This document shows, one piece after another, positions 27,076 to 36,332 of a stretch of DNA of 64,000 nt. The DNA is from a virus (lineage: Duplodnaviria; Caudoviricetes). Position 1 is the stretch's first letter. Each line of letters starts with the position of its first letter. Under the pieces are notes generated by a model, which was given only the letters and a program-made list of their open reading frames with translations, did no database searches and was not told where the DNA came from. The position numbers and the translations under genes are program-made. Location: positions 4,353 through 68,352 of the IMG/VR virus record IMGVR_UViG_3300030613_000010. One strand, given 5' to 3'.

Positions 27076-27538
27076 GGTGCATCCTCTCATAATTTCCGCC
27101 ACTCTCAACGTGAACGTCTGGAGGCATCGCTTTCGGACTAGCCTCCTTCCCCGCCAGCAGCGCACAGGCCTCGTCGCGGTCAGTTTCTCCGGTGCCATGC
27201 TTGCCGGGACTAGCCCGGTAGTGAAACCGTGGGGCTTCATCAAACGCCCCCTTTACCCACAGCACAGACACGACACCATCCCGCCAGTTTAGTTGGCAGT
27301 AGGCCCCGATTTCCGGCGTCGTATACTTATTGACCAGACGTTCCAGGGTACTGAGTGGATCGTCTAGTAACACCAGCCGCCTTACCTCCGCCCGCAGCGC
27401 CTCGTGGCTGTCGCAGAGGCGCAACAACTCGGCACTATCCCAGTTGCCACGCGGCCAGTTCTGTAACTGGTAGCGCATCGTCCCCACTTCCAACGGGGTC
27501 ATGATCTCTTCCGGCGTCACCATTCGCTTCTCTGTCAT
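27068..27538 (-). CDS. hypothetical protein
   Basis: 156 aa; SD and overlap coupling. Confidence 0.6.
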   Translation of the reverse strand: MTEKRMVTPEEIMTPLEVGTMRYQLQNWPRGNWDSAELLRLCDSHEALRAEVRRLVLLDDPLSTLERLVNKYTTPEIGAYCQLNWRDGVVSVLWVKGAFDEAPRFHYRASPGKHGTGETDRDEACALLAGKEASPKAMPPDVHVESGGNYERMHHD

Positions 27539-27732
27539 GTCACCCCCCTTCGGATAATCGTCCTGTAGCCCGCCCTCTCAATGAGGCACTTGGCGACGTA
27601 AAGCTCCAGGATCGCCACGTCACTCTTCGTCGGCGCGTCGAGTCCTAACACGCGCCGGACATCAGCGGCAGTGAATTCATGCAGCGCCAGGAAGGGTGTC
27701 AGCATTATGCTTTCTCGCCAGCGGCCTCAGGC

Positions 27733-28068
27733 TCAGAATGCTTTCCCATGACGGTAAGAGCGGCTTGCGTTGTAAGCCATCTTTTTCCGGAGGGCGGATT
27801 CAAGGTCCACACCCAAATACCCAGCCAAGTCGGCAGCCCTGATAATGATGTCAGCGAGTTCCCACTGGACGCCTTGAACTTGCCCTAGAGTTAGTGAGTC
27901 TTCAGCTTCGGAAAAGCCGGGAAGGGAATTCATTCGGAGGACCTCTAGGAGTTCGCTGGCCTCGCTGTGAATGAGGGCGACTTTCTCGGCAAGGTTTTGT
28001 CCTTCGGGCCAGAAACCATGCCGGACGGCGCAGTCGTGGGCCTGGGAGACTAGCTCATCAATGTTCAT
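27733..28068 (-). CDS. MazG-like nucleotide pyrophosphohydrolase
   Basis: ALIHSEASELLE...ELADIIIR..D...VDLE.A...KM.YN..R.YRHGK. Confidence 0.85.
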   Translation of the reverse strand: MNIDELVSQAHDCAVRHGFWPEGQNLAEKVALIHSEASELLEVLRMNSLPGFSEAEDSLTLGQVQGVQWELADIIIRAADLAGYLGVDLESALRKKMAYNASRSYRHGKAF

Positions 28069-28419
28069 GTCTTCCCCCTTTTGTTTAACCCCACCCGATT
28101 GACCCGCAGAATTCCTCGATATAATCATGTTCATTCCCGCGAAGCGCCCAGTAGACTAATCGTCTCCATAAACCGATCATTTGGCTTTTTTCCTTTCGAA
28201 AGGTAAGAAGAAGGGAGAGCCGATCCATCTCCCCAGACAACCGGCTCCCCCTCTGACCTGTCTGGGCCGCCATCGCTTCCGACCCAGCAGGCCACGAACG
28301 CCGGAGAGGATAAAGGCCGGGACCGAGTACCTGGACCTCTCTACCTTCCTCAGAAGCTTCAAGAGTTTCGGCCTTCCTCCGGGTTCGACTCCCGGAGTTC
28401 CTCCCCCTTGTCCTCCGGT

Positions 28420-28449
28420 AGTATAACACACCCTTGACTGGCTGTCAAG
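28420..28449 (-). promoter_or_regulatory. sigma70 promoter with perfect CTTGAC-N5-GTCAAG palindrome
   Basis: Minus strand TTGACA (28448-28443), 17 bp, TATACT (28425-28420). Confidence 0.85.
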
Positions 28450-28491
28450 TCCCTACGGATTGCCAAGGAATCGGTAGGTCCCCCTATGGAT

Positions 28492-28722
28492 TCATTCAAA
28501 TTTGGACTGGGTTTTACCGGTTCCTTCACACTCCTCGCAGTCGGGCTGAGGTTTGCTGTCTTCGACACAACCGCAACCGACTTCGTAAGGCTCGACTTCC
28601 AATTCTTCGTAGTAGGGGGCCAGCAGGAGATCGACGGCGCTCCTGACTTCAACTTCGTCACTTGCTCCCAAGAGGGCGACATATTGCGGGGGTAGGAGAA
28701 CCACACAACTAAAGTGACTCAT
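28492..28722 (-). CDS. hypothetical protein, possibly truncated
   Basis: MSHFSCVV...LAPYYE.LEV...CEECEGTG. Confidence 0.55.
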   Translation of the reverse strand: MSHFSCVVLLPPQYVALLGASDEVEVRSAVDLLLAPYYEELEVEPYEVGCGCVEDSKPQPDCEECEGTGKTQSKFE

Positions 28723-28737
28723 GAACTTTTTCCTTTC

Positions 28738-29232
28738 CTAACTCTTGGTGTATTGCTTCACTTTGGCGACGATCTCCTCCCAGGAGTTCAAGGAAGGGAG
28801 GTCTACCTTTTTACCCTCCGGGGTGACGTAATAACCACGACCCGGGTAGGAAGCGGGCGGATAAACCTTGCGGCTTTCAACGATTTGGGGTTTGATTTCT
28901 TCAGGTAGTTCCAAAGATTTCTGTCGGGGCTCGGTAAGAACCCGCCAGATTTTCCGGTTTGCCGGCCCTTTGTCGAACCGGATCAAGCGACGCTTTTCGA
29001 GGAGCTTGAGCTTCTGGCTCACGGCCGGGGCTTGCATGTTAAGCGCACGGGCGATCTCCGAGGTGGTCAGGCCTAAGTCGTCGGCCTCCTCTAGGGCGGC
29101 AAGGACACGACCGGTGTTCCGGCCCCAATGCTGCCATTGCTCCCGGACCGGCTCTCGTGCTTTCAGTTGGAGACGCACCCGCTCCAATTCTTCGTTGGTC
29201 AGGCTGACTTCGGGAACAGCTTCCTCAACCAT
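28738..29232 (-). CDS. winged helix-turn-helix (MarR/ArsR-like) regulator
   Basis: GLTTSEIARALNMQAPAVSQKLKLLEKRRLI; SD AAGGAGG. Confidence 0.8.
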   Translation of the reverse strand: MVEEAVPEVSLTNEELERVRLQLKAREPVREQWQHWGRNTGRVLAALEEADDLGLTTSEIARALNMQAPAVSQKLKLLEKRRLIRFDKGPANRKIWRVLTEPRQKSLELPEEIKPQIVESRKVYPPASYPGRGYYVTPEGKKVDLPSLNSWEEIVAKVKQYTKS

Positions 29233-29263
29233 TTTTCCTCCTTTCTTTGTCCTCTTCGGAGTC

Positions 29264-29293
29264 ATTATAACATAGAACCAAACCGGTTGTCAA
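29264..29293 (-). promoter_or_regulatory. sigma70 promoter of the leftward accessory array
   Basis: Minus strand TTGACA (29293-29288), 18 bp, TATAAT (29269-29264). Confidence 0.8.
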
Positions 29294-29559
29294 GTAGTCA
29301 AACATCATAGGCTCACAAATGGCCCTAGAAGTGGCAATCTGTGGTATTCCCATGGGCACAATAGGTTGGGGGTAGTCGAAGTATACCATCAACTAGGCCC
29401 TGGTGCTTTGACGGTAGATTGTCGAAAGCTAGTAATTGTAAGGCAAGGTGGGATAAACCGGTAATAGAAGTAGAATAACACCGGCTATCGGGTGTTCGGA
29501 AATCCGGCATTTGACTAAACGCAAGCTTCTGTGTCAGGTTTTTCTTGGTGCCCCCCCCA

Positions 29560-29675
29560 AACCCCCCCTACCAGGACGGTGGTGGGACGCCGTCCTTGGA
29601 CGGGGTCTCCCCCACTGGAGGTGGGTCCTCCCCGTCTCTTTGGACGGGCCACCGTCCTGGGGTAGTGGTGGGGGT
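29560..29675. repeat. GC-rich nested inverted repeats in the divergent intergenic region
   Basis: CCAGGACGGTGG (29571-29582) / CCACCGTCCTGG (29649-29660), with inner GACGGGG/CCCCGTC. Confidence 0.65.
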
Positions 29676-29792
29676 CACTACTGTTCGACCTATCCTCAAT
29701 GATGCGAATGGTGAAGATTCGGAGACGACAGATTCCTGTCGCTATCGTCGTTTGTCTTGTGGGGTTCTCGTGGTGGCTTTCACGTGAGATAC

Positions 29793-29822
29793 TTGACAGA
29801 GAAGCCCCAGTGGGTGTTTACT
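29793..29822 (+). promoter_or_regulatory. putative promoter of the morphogenesis operon
   Basis: ATACTTGACAGAGA, shared with the 10700 and 12720 promoters; weak -10 (TTTACT). Confidence 0.5.
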
Positions 29823-29847
29823 ACACATAAGCAAGGAGGCCGCTCCC

Positions 29848-30432
29848 ATGCTGGAAGAACCCCAGGCCAGCCTTGGTTCCTCGCCCAAAACTCTTGTTTC
29901 CCCCTCGGTGTTAACGACTGGTCGGTCGGCTTGGGTGAACTGCAAAGCCACTGTGGTAAGGGTCGAGAGGGTTTACGCTGCTTGGTTAGAAGGAGAGGGT
30001 GTTGGTAGCATTGCGAACCGAGAGGGAATCAGTCGTGTTACGGCTTATCACGATATTGAACGGGGTAGGCAACTCGCTCTTCTTGACTCTGCCGTTTCTG
30101 TGGTTGAAAAAAGGCAGGAAGCAGTTTCAACCCGGCGTCACATTCAGCACCTCGCTCTCAAAGATCGTGAGAGCGCTGAGCCTGACGATGCCAGTGGGCG
30201 CTCACAGTTGCTACGAGTCGTCACCGGAAACCAGGACGCCGTAGAGGAATTGCAGGGTCTCAAGGCTGCGGAGCAAGCTCCGCAGCAGTCCGTCCAGACT
30301 TCTGTGGTTGTGGTGTCTGCACAAGGCATCAGCAAAAGCATGGAGGACCTGGACGAGTCGGAGCTTGATGCGCTGATCCAGCGGCTGGAGTCGGCTGGCA
30401 GCGGCCACGAACAATTATGGAGTGAACAATGA
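29848..30432 (+). CDS. terS: terminase small subunit (putative)
   Basis: N-terminal HTH (GSIANREGISRVTAYHDI), helical body, acidic C-terminus; first gene of the head operon. Confidence 0.7.
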   Translation: MLEEPQASLGSSPKTLVSPSVLTTGRSAWVNCKATVVRVERVYAAWLEGEGVGSIANREGISRVTAYHDIERGRQLALLDSAVSVVEKRQEAVSTRRHIQHLALKDRESAEPDDASGRSQLLRVVTGNQDAVEELQGLKAAEQAPQQSVQTSVVVVSAQGISKSMEDLDESELDALIQRLESAGSGHEQLWSEQ

Positions 30433-31028
30433 CTCTGGATTACTTGCCCCAAGGAGCATCAGAACCCTACGCGGAGATGATGAAGACCCTACTGACTGGG
30501 GGGAAGCGTACTTATACTAGGGATGCTATTGGCCGCTTTTCGTCAACCGGCGGTGGGGGTGGCGGCGGTGGAGGGGGAGAACCATTAACAAGTGCAAGGG
30601 TTGAAAAAATGTCGGAGACGGAGGCATTAAACTACTTCAAAAAGAACGCTGTCAGAGAGGGTTTGTATGATGAAAGCCAAGTGGAATGGGTAACCAAACA
30701 ACCAGACGCGGGGGGATTGGCTAAGCAAGCACTCAAGAACAGTGCACGGGCTCGTGAGAATCCAGTACCAGGGGGGGATATTGGCATACCTGCTAGGAAA
30801 ATAACCCCTCAAAGGATGAATAATTATTGGCAGAATAACGGTGGGAGTGTTGAGAGGACCCTTGGGGATAATAAAAGGATGTTCACGAATAGAATGCAGT
30901 CTTTCGAAGGGAGGACCTGGAGCCAAGTTACACAGACAAAGAAAGGGTCCTTTTTGGAAGATTATCAACGGCAGCCTTGGGCGAGTGAGGCGGGCGAGAT
31001 GTTGTGGCCTGCTTCCGCCTTGGGATAA
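30429..31028 (+). CDS. GRF-tag cargo protein between terS and terL
   Basis: GKRTYTRDAIGRFSSTG(G)n, followed by an AT-richer unknown domain. Confidence 0.7.
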   Translation: MTLDYLPQGASEPYAEMMKTLLTGGKRTYTRDAIGRFSSTGGGGGGGGGGEPLTSARVEKMSETEALNYFKKNAVREGLYDESQVEWVTKQPDAGGLAKQALKNSARARENPVPGGDIGIPARKITPQRMNNYWQNNGGSVERTLGDNKRMFTNRMQSFEGRTWSQVTQTKKGSFLEDYQRQPWASEAGEMLWPASALG

Positions 31029-31034
31029 ACCATC

Positions 31035-32603
31035 TTGGTTACTCTCTACAAGCCCCCACAGCCCAAACCGGCCCCAACCCTTGAGGACCTCAATCCCAAG
31101 GAGCAGGCCTTTCTGCTGCAGCGAGCCAAAGAGGAGAAAGCAAAGAAAGCCTGTCAGCGTTCCTTCCTGGAGTTCTTGCCCTATTGGCAGTTTATTAACC
31201 GGGAGACCGGAAAAATAACTTCCTTCGCGGATCTCTGGCCGGGGCAGCGGGAGTTTGCCGAACTCGCAACCCAGCGCAACTGGATTCTGGCCCTGAAGGC
31301 AGGCAAACTTGGATTCACCGAACTCGAATGCGCCTACGACGCTTGGATCGCATTGTTTGGCCCTCCGAATACTAGGGTCCATGTCTTCAGCCGGACCGAC
31401 CTGGCGGCCCAGGAGCTCATCGGTTACATCAGGTTCGGAGTAAACCATCTTCCTGATTATCTGCGACCGAAGTATGTTGGGAAGATGAGCTTCGAGAAGG
31501 GTCAGCCCACTACCGCTACCCAGCACACTATCAAGTTCCATAATGGCACTGAGGATATCCGAAAGATTGTCAGCTACGCTGCGGGCCAGAATGTTTCGGT
31601 TGAACAAAGTTGTATGCACGCCCATGTTGACGAATTGGCCCGGATGCCTTTCCCCAAGCAGACCTGGCAGGCGGTGTACACCACTGTGGCACCGGAAGGC
31701 TCCTGTCATATTGTTACCAGGGGGGCTGGAGAAGCGAACTTTGTCGCTACTCTGTGGAAGGCGGCCAGCGCCGGGACTTCGAAGCTATATTCCTTCTTCC
31801 AACCCTGGAGTCAAAGGCCGGACCGGGACCGGAGGTGGTACGAAGTGCAGGGTGGTTCGATGACCCTTCAGGGCCTACATCATTACGCCCCGGAGACCCC
31901 CGAAGATGCGCTGGCCGGAGACGAAGAGTCGGAATTCTTGCCTATCATACTCTGGGACCGCTGCTGGGACAGGGAAATGTCGCCCTTTGACCCTGGTGAC
32001 CCAACCCCTTGCATCTTGGGTGTTGACGCTGCCGTGACCAGCGACTGTTTTGGTGTGGTAGCCGTCACTAGGCACCCAGACAGGCACGACGACGTAGTCA
32101 TCCGGGCCGTCAGGAAGTGGGACCCACCACAAGGCGGGGCTATTAACTTCCTGGGTCCTGAGGGCTTCATTCGTTTCCTCTGCCAAGGTGGCTGCGCTGC
32201 CGGCCACCCGCAGTATGAACCCTACATCAATCCCGACTGCGAGGCCTGCCAAAGCCACATCTTGGTGCCTGCCTACAATATTGTTCAGATTGCCTACGAC
32301 CCCTATCAGCTTGAAAGCATGATGCAGGGGATCAGGCGTGACCTCATCGCCTGGTGCGAACCCTTCTCGCAAATGAAAGACCGCTATGTGGCGGACTCAG
32401 AGTTGAGGGACATGGTCATCAACCGGCGGCTGACTCACAACGGCGACCGGGACCTCCGGGAACATATCCAGAACGCGGCGGCCAAGATTCAACTCCAAGA
32501 AGACAGCCGCATTCGTATTGTCAAGAAAGCGCCGGACCGGAAAGTTGACTTAGCGGTAGCGACAAGTATGGCAGTGCACCGCTGTCGTTACCTCGTGATC
32601 TAA
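31035..32603 (+). CDS. terL: terminase large subunit
   Basis: LKAGKLGFT Walker A variant, HAHVDE Walker B, ILGVDAA nuclease motif, KVDLAVA C-terminus. Confidence 0.88.
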   Translation: MVTLYKPPQPKPAPTLEDLNPKEQAFLLQRAKEEKAKKACQRSFLEFLPYWQFINRETGKITSFADLWPGQREFAELATQRNWILALKAGKLGFTELECAYDAWIALFGPPNTRVHVFSRTDLAAQELIGYIRFGVNHLPDYLRPKYVGKMSFEKGQPTTATQHTIKFHNGTEDIRKIVSYAAGQNVSVEQSCMHAHVDELARMPFPKQTWQAVYTTVAPEGSCHIVTRGAGEANFVATLWKAASAGTSKLYSFFQPWSQRPDRDRRWYEVQGGSMTLQGLHHYAPETPEDALAGDEESEFLPIILWDRCWDREMSPFDPGDPTPCILGVDAAVTSDCFGVVAVTRHPDRHDDVVIRAVRKWDPPQGGAINFLGPEGFIRFLCQGGCAAGHPQYEPYINPDCEACQSHILVPAYNIVQIAYDPYQLESMMQGIRRDLIAWCEPFSQMKDRYVADSELRDMVINRRLTHNGDRDLREHIQNAAAKIQLQEDSRIRIVKKAPDRKVDLAVATSMAVHRCRYLVI

Positions 32604-32635
32604 CTTGGAGGCGGGAAGAATAGGCAAGTAGGGGA

Positions 32636-34183
32636 ATGCCGGAGTCCGACAACGGGCAGGACAAATCCCTAGCCGAAAAGACCTCTTCTGTAGACGTTCT
32701 CGAAAGAAGCGTCATCTCTCCTGCTTCTTCGGCGGTGGCAGGCGACGGTTATATCCTTTGGGTGGCCCAGCTTGCCGATGAAATCCTTCCTTGGGGTAAG
32801 AGTCCTAAGGCCCGCGATCGCCAGCTCCGCCAGTTCTTTCCTACGGAGAATTTCCTTAACTCGGCTCTCGGAATCGTAGCCTCCCGTAATGCTGCTTTCT
32901 CCTGGACACTTGAAGGAGGACAGCGTACTTCTAAAGTCTACCAAGACATCTTGGAGAATGCTTGCTTTGGTGGCGGCTGGCAGGAGTTCATAGTAAAATT
33001 TTCTATCGACCTCCTCACTCAAGATTCAGGGGCCTTCGTCGAATTGATACGGCAGACAGACTCCGAGACTTCGCCTGTGGTGGGTATTAATCATCTTGAT
33101 GCCGGACACTGCTGGCCGACAGGCAACGCCGAGACACCGGTCATTTATGTGGACCGGCTGGGTAAGATGCACGGGCTGAAGACCCACCAGATAGTCAACC
33201 TCCACGAGATGCCTTCGCCTGTGGAGCACCCTCAGTTTGGCCCGCTCTACAAACTGCAGTACTGCGCCGTCACTCGACTCCTCCGTGCCGCTCAGGTCCT
33301 CCGCAACATCACCATCTATAAGGAGGAGAAGACAGGCGGGCGCTTCAACCGGGCCATTTACCTAGTCAAGGGCATCACACCCAAGCAGATAGAGGACGCC
33401 CTAGCCAAGCAGAAATTCAATGCCGATAACATGGGGCTGATGCGTTATCTGCAGCCGCTCTTGGTGGGGACGGTGTCTCCCACAGCCGACGTGGGCCACG
33501 ACACCATCGAGCTGGCTACTCTGCCTGACGGCTTCGATGAGGAAGTCACTTTCAAGCACTACATCTCGGCCATCGCCATGGCTTTCCTCAGTGACTATCA
33601 GGAGTTCGCGCCGCTGCCCGGCGGTGGTCTGGGCACCTCGGCCCAGTCCTACATCTTGCACCTCAAGAGCCGTGGCAAAGGCCCTGCCCTGTTCCAGAAG
33701 CTCATGTCCCGTCTCATCAACGAGTATGTGCTCCCAGACAACGTCGAGTTCCACTGGGATGAGCAGGATGTGCAGGCGGAGACGGAACAGGCAGCCCTGG
33801 AGAAGACCAGGGCCGAGACCCGCAAACTCCGCATCGAGTCAGGGGAGATCACGCCTGAGGTGGCTCGCCAGATCGCCAAGGACGAGGGTGACCTGGCTCC
33901 CGAGATATTCGACGCTCTGGGTGGGGCAGACCTGACACCGCACGTTACCCTCCAAGACCAGGAGAAGCCAGAAGTTGAAAGCGAGAAGCCCCCAGTCCAA
34001 CCGCAATTGGCAGCACCGGCGCAACCGCCGGAGGAGAAGCCTCCTGCAGCAATGGCAGCCAAGGCCCTCGAGGAGATCGAAGACGAGCGCCTGGAGGCAG
34101 AGGACCTGGTGAAGGAACTATCGCTGAGAGCCCTCCGCCGGATGAAGAAGCGTGTGGTGGCCAGGCTGAGGACAGAGGAATGA
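32636..34183 (+). CDS. portal protein
   Basis: 515 aa directly after terL; DLLTQDSGAFVE and HLDA..CW.TG patterns. Confidence 0.8.
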   Translation: MPESDNGQDKSLAEKTSSVDVLERSVISPASSAVAGDGYILWVAQLADEILPWGKSPKARDRQLRQFFPTENFLNSALGIVASRNAAFSWTLEGGQRTSKVYQDILENACFGGGWQEFIVKFSIDLLTQDSGAFVELIRQTDSETSPVVGINHLDAGHCWPTGNAETPVIYVDRLGKMHGLKTHQIVNLHEMPSPVEHPQFGPLYKLQYCAVTRLLRAAQVLRNITIYKEEKTGGRFNRAIYLVKGITPKQIEDALAKQKFNADNMGLMRYLQPLLVGTVSPTADVGHDTIELATLPDGFDEEVTFKHYISAIAMAFLSDYQEFAPLPGGGLGTSAQSYILHLKSRGKGPALFQKLMSRLINEYVLPDNVEFHWDEQDVQAETEQAALEKTRAETRKLRIESGEITPEVARQIAKDEGDLAPEIFDALGGADLTPHVTLQDQEKPEVESEKPPVQPQLAAPAQPPEEKPPAAMAAKALEEIEDERLEAEDLVKELSLRALRRMKKRVVARLRTEE

Positions 34184-35910
34184 CGACGGCGCTTAGGGAA
34201 GAGGTCCTGACCGAATTCGAAGCCCTGCTGGGAGAGAAGTACGCCGGACAACCCCGTGACCGCATAGGCCGCTTTGCTTCTGGCTTGGGCGGCGGGGTTC
34301 AATTAGCTAGCGACACCCCGAATTTGGATCAAGCCCTAGCTGCCAATGTCCAGGTTTCGGGGGGAAATCAAGAATATCTTCAGCAGGCTTGGGAACAAAA
34401 CCCTAAGGAAGCTCGGATTCTTAAAGAGAAAGCCCAACAGAAACTGGATGAAATGTATCCGGGGAAAGACAAAGTTACGGTTTGGCATGTGGGCAGAAGG
34501 GAATTTTACGAAGAGGGCCTTTACAGTGAAGGACTGAAGCCCTTTACGTCATTTACGACGTCCAAAGCTTCTGCAAATCAATTTATTGAGGACTTTGGGC
34601 TTACCAATGAACGGCCTGTCATATTTAAGATGGCTGTCCCCAAGGGGTTTGTGGCAACTTTTTGGGCAGCGAATCCAATATTCAACCAACCTGGGTTGCC
34701 CGCCAGCTACCAAAAGGAAATTCTCTTCGACCATCAACTGGATTGGAAGAAATACATTGTTGGGTTTTCAAGTGACCGAGCCAAGTCCCTTGAATCCTTC
34801 CTTGATGACCAGGAGTTCTGGGAAGAAACGGGCGATCTCGTGAAAGCACAGATGGCCCCGGTCTTCCGAAAGCTCCTGGAGGCTGGCGCTGAGGTAGGGT
34901 TGGAGGAGGTCCTGGGAACTGCTGAAAAGGACAATCCTTGCCATGATGAGCGTGGGAGATTCTGTGAGACGGGTGGTGGGGGCGCTCAACTATCCGTAAA
35001 CGAGCAAGAGGCTGCTCTGGAAAAGTTAAGTTCTCTTGAGAGAGTAGAGGCATTCCGAGACGGTCCAAAGGACTCCATTTTAAACCGAGAGGCCGGATGG
35101 GAGCCACAGAAGCACCTTGAGATTTATGCGGAGTGGCATGAACACGAGCTCTCCCCCCAACAAAAGAAAAGTATGGTACTGGCAGACATTCCTAGAAAAC
35201 AAATCCACTACGTACAGTCTACAGTGCCTGTGGCCGGTGTAGAAGCTTACATTCGCAAGATGCCCAGCGAGAGGCCTGTTGTGGGGCTCAATCCTAAAGG
35301 GGAATTGTGGACTCTGTCGGGGCATACTAGACTGACGGCACAATGGCTAGCCGGACGGGAGACCGCCCAAGTCTTAGTCATGGGGGTCACGGACAGGGGT
35401 AAGCAGGTTAGGCAGAAACCAGATTTGTCAGGAGTTCCTGGGGCAGAGGTTGTGCAAGCGTCTGTAAAGCAGCTCTCCGGCACCGTAGACACAGCCCTTC
35501 TTAGCTCACTCACCGAAGCCGAGTCAGTGGCCTTTGCTACTCAGTGGTGGCAGCAGATAGAGACCACCACCAAAGACCGGCTGCGCTCGGCCATACGCGC
35601 CCGCGCTGAGACAGGCATGGTGCTGGAGGACCTCATCAAGGACATAGAGCCTCTCTTCGGTGAGAAGCGGGCGGAAGCCATCGCTGTGACCGAGACCACG
35701 CGCCTCTTCGCTCGTGGCGCTGTCCTCAGCTACCAAGCAGCAGATGTGCGGGAGGTGGAGTGGCGGACGGTAGAGGACAGTGCTGTTGAGGAGATTTGCC
35801 GGGGCCTGAACGGCCAGAAGTGGCCCATTGGCCAGCACCAAGAGCCCCCGGCACATATCCGATGCCGATGCTTCCTGTCACCTGTAGTTGAGATACCAAA
35901 GGCTGAATGA
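34180..35910 (+). CDS. MuF (gp7-like) minor head protein carrying ART-like and ParB-like cargo domains
   Basis: C-terminal RAEAIAVTETTR...EWRT..D..V..IC...NG...PPAHIRCRC; two internal GRF-tagged cargo domains. Confidence 0.85.
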   Translation: MTTALREEVLTEFEALLGEKYAGQPRDRIGRFASGLGGGVQLASDTPNLDQALAANVQVSGGNQEYLQQAWEQNPKEARILKEKAQQKLDEMYPGKDKVTVWHVGRREFYEEGLYSEGLKPFTSFTTSKASANQFIEDFGLTNERPVIFKMAVPKGFVATFWAANPIFNQPGLPASYQKEILFDHQLDWKKYIVGFSSDRAKSLESFLDDQEFWEETGDLVKAQMAPVFRKLLEAGAEVGLEEVLGTAEKDNPCHDERGRFCETGGGGAQLSVNEQEAALEKLSSLERVEAFRDGPKDSILNREAGWEPQKHLEIYAEWHEHELSPQQKKSMVLADIPRKQIHYVQSTVPVAGVEAYIRKMPSERPVVGLNPKGELWTLSGHTRLTAQWLAGRETAQVLVMGVTDRGKQVRQKPDLSGVPGAEVVQASVKQLSGTVDTALLSSLTEAESVAFATQWWQQIETTTKDRLRSAIRARAETGMVLEDLIKDIEPLFGEKRAEAIAVTETTRLFARGAVLSYQAADVREVEWRTVEDSAVEEICRGLNGQKWPIGQHQEPPAHIRCRCFLSPVVEIPKAE

Positions 35911-36332
35911 TGCCAGGCCTAACCCTCCGTCCCATCCTGCCCAAGAAGCCACCGGTGCAAGTCAGCGCCACGGCGCTGCAGGCTGGGCTGAGAGCCTTCA
36001 GCCTCGACATGGTTAGGCAGATGCAGACCTATCCACCCATCATGCCTTGGAAGCACGGCTTCCCAAAGAAAGGGCTGCGCCGAGGAGGCAATCGCACCGG
36101 GGTTCTTGCCAAGAATTGGTCCTACGATCTCAAGCCCGGCGAGGCAATCGTGGCCAACCGGGTGCCCTATGCTGGTTATGTCGAAGGCTACAGAGGCCGG
36201 GGAGACAAGGGGGAGAAGCAAACAGCAGCCATGACAGCCAGGGGCTGGGGTAGTATCTCAGATGAAGCCAAGATGGTCTGGGCCAGGCACGTACCAGGGC
36301 TCAAGCTTGTACTGGCTGGGAGGAAGAAGTGA
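35907..36332 (+). CDS. HK97 gp10-like virion morphogenesis protein (putative)
   Basis: YPP...RTG.L...W...VANRVPYAGYVEG...GW. Confidence 0.5.
   Translation: MMPGLTLRPILPKKPPVQVSATALQAGLRAFSLDMVRQMQTYPPIMPWKHGFPKKGLRRGGNRTGVLAKNWSYDLKPGEAIVANRVPYAGYVEGYRGRGDKGEKQTAAMTARGWGSISDEAKMVWARHVPGLKLVLAGRKK

Noticed and set aside
28300-28372. Hammerhead-like words on the minus strand (GAAAC, CTGAGGA, GTC)
   Set aside because: Their order fits no circular permutation, and stem III cannot pair.
28379-28395. tRNA T-arm-like hairpin CCGGG-TTCGACT-CCCGG
   Set aside because: No matching acceptor stem, D-arm or anticodon arm at the expected distances.
30627-31709. 360 aa minus-strand ORF
   Set aside because: Antisense shadow of the cargo gene and terL; no motifs.
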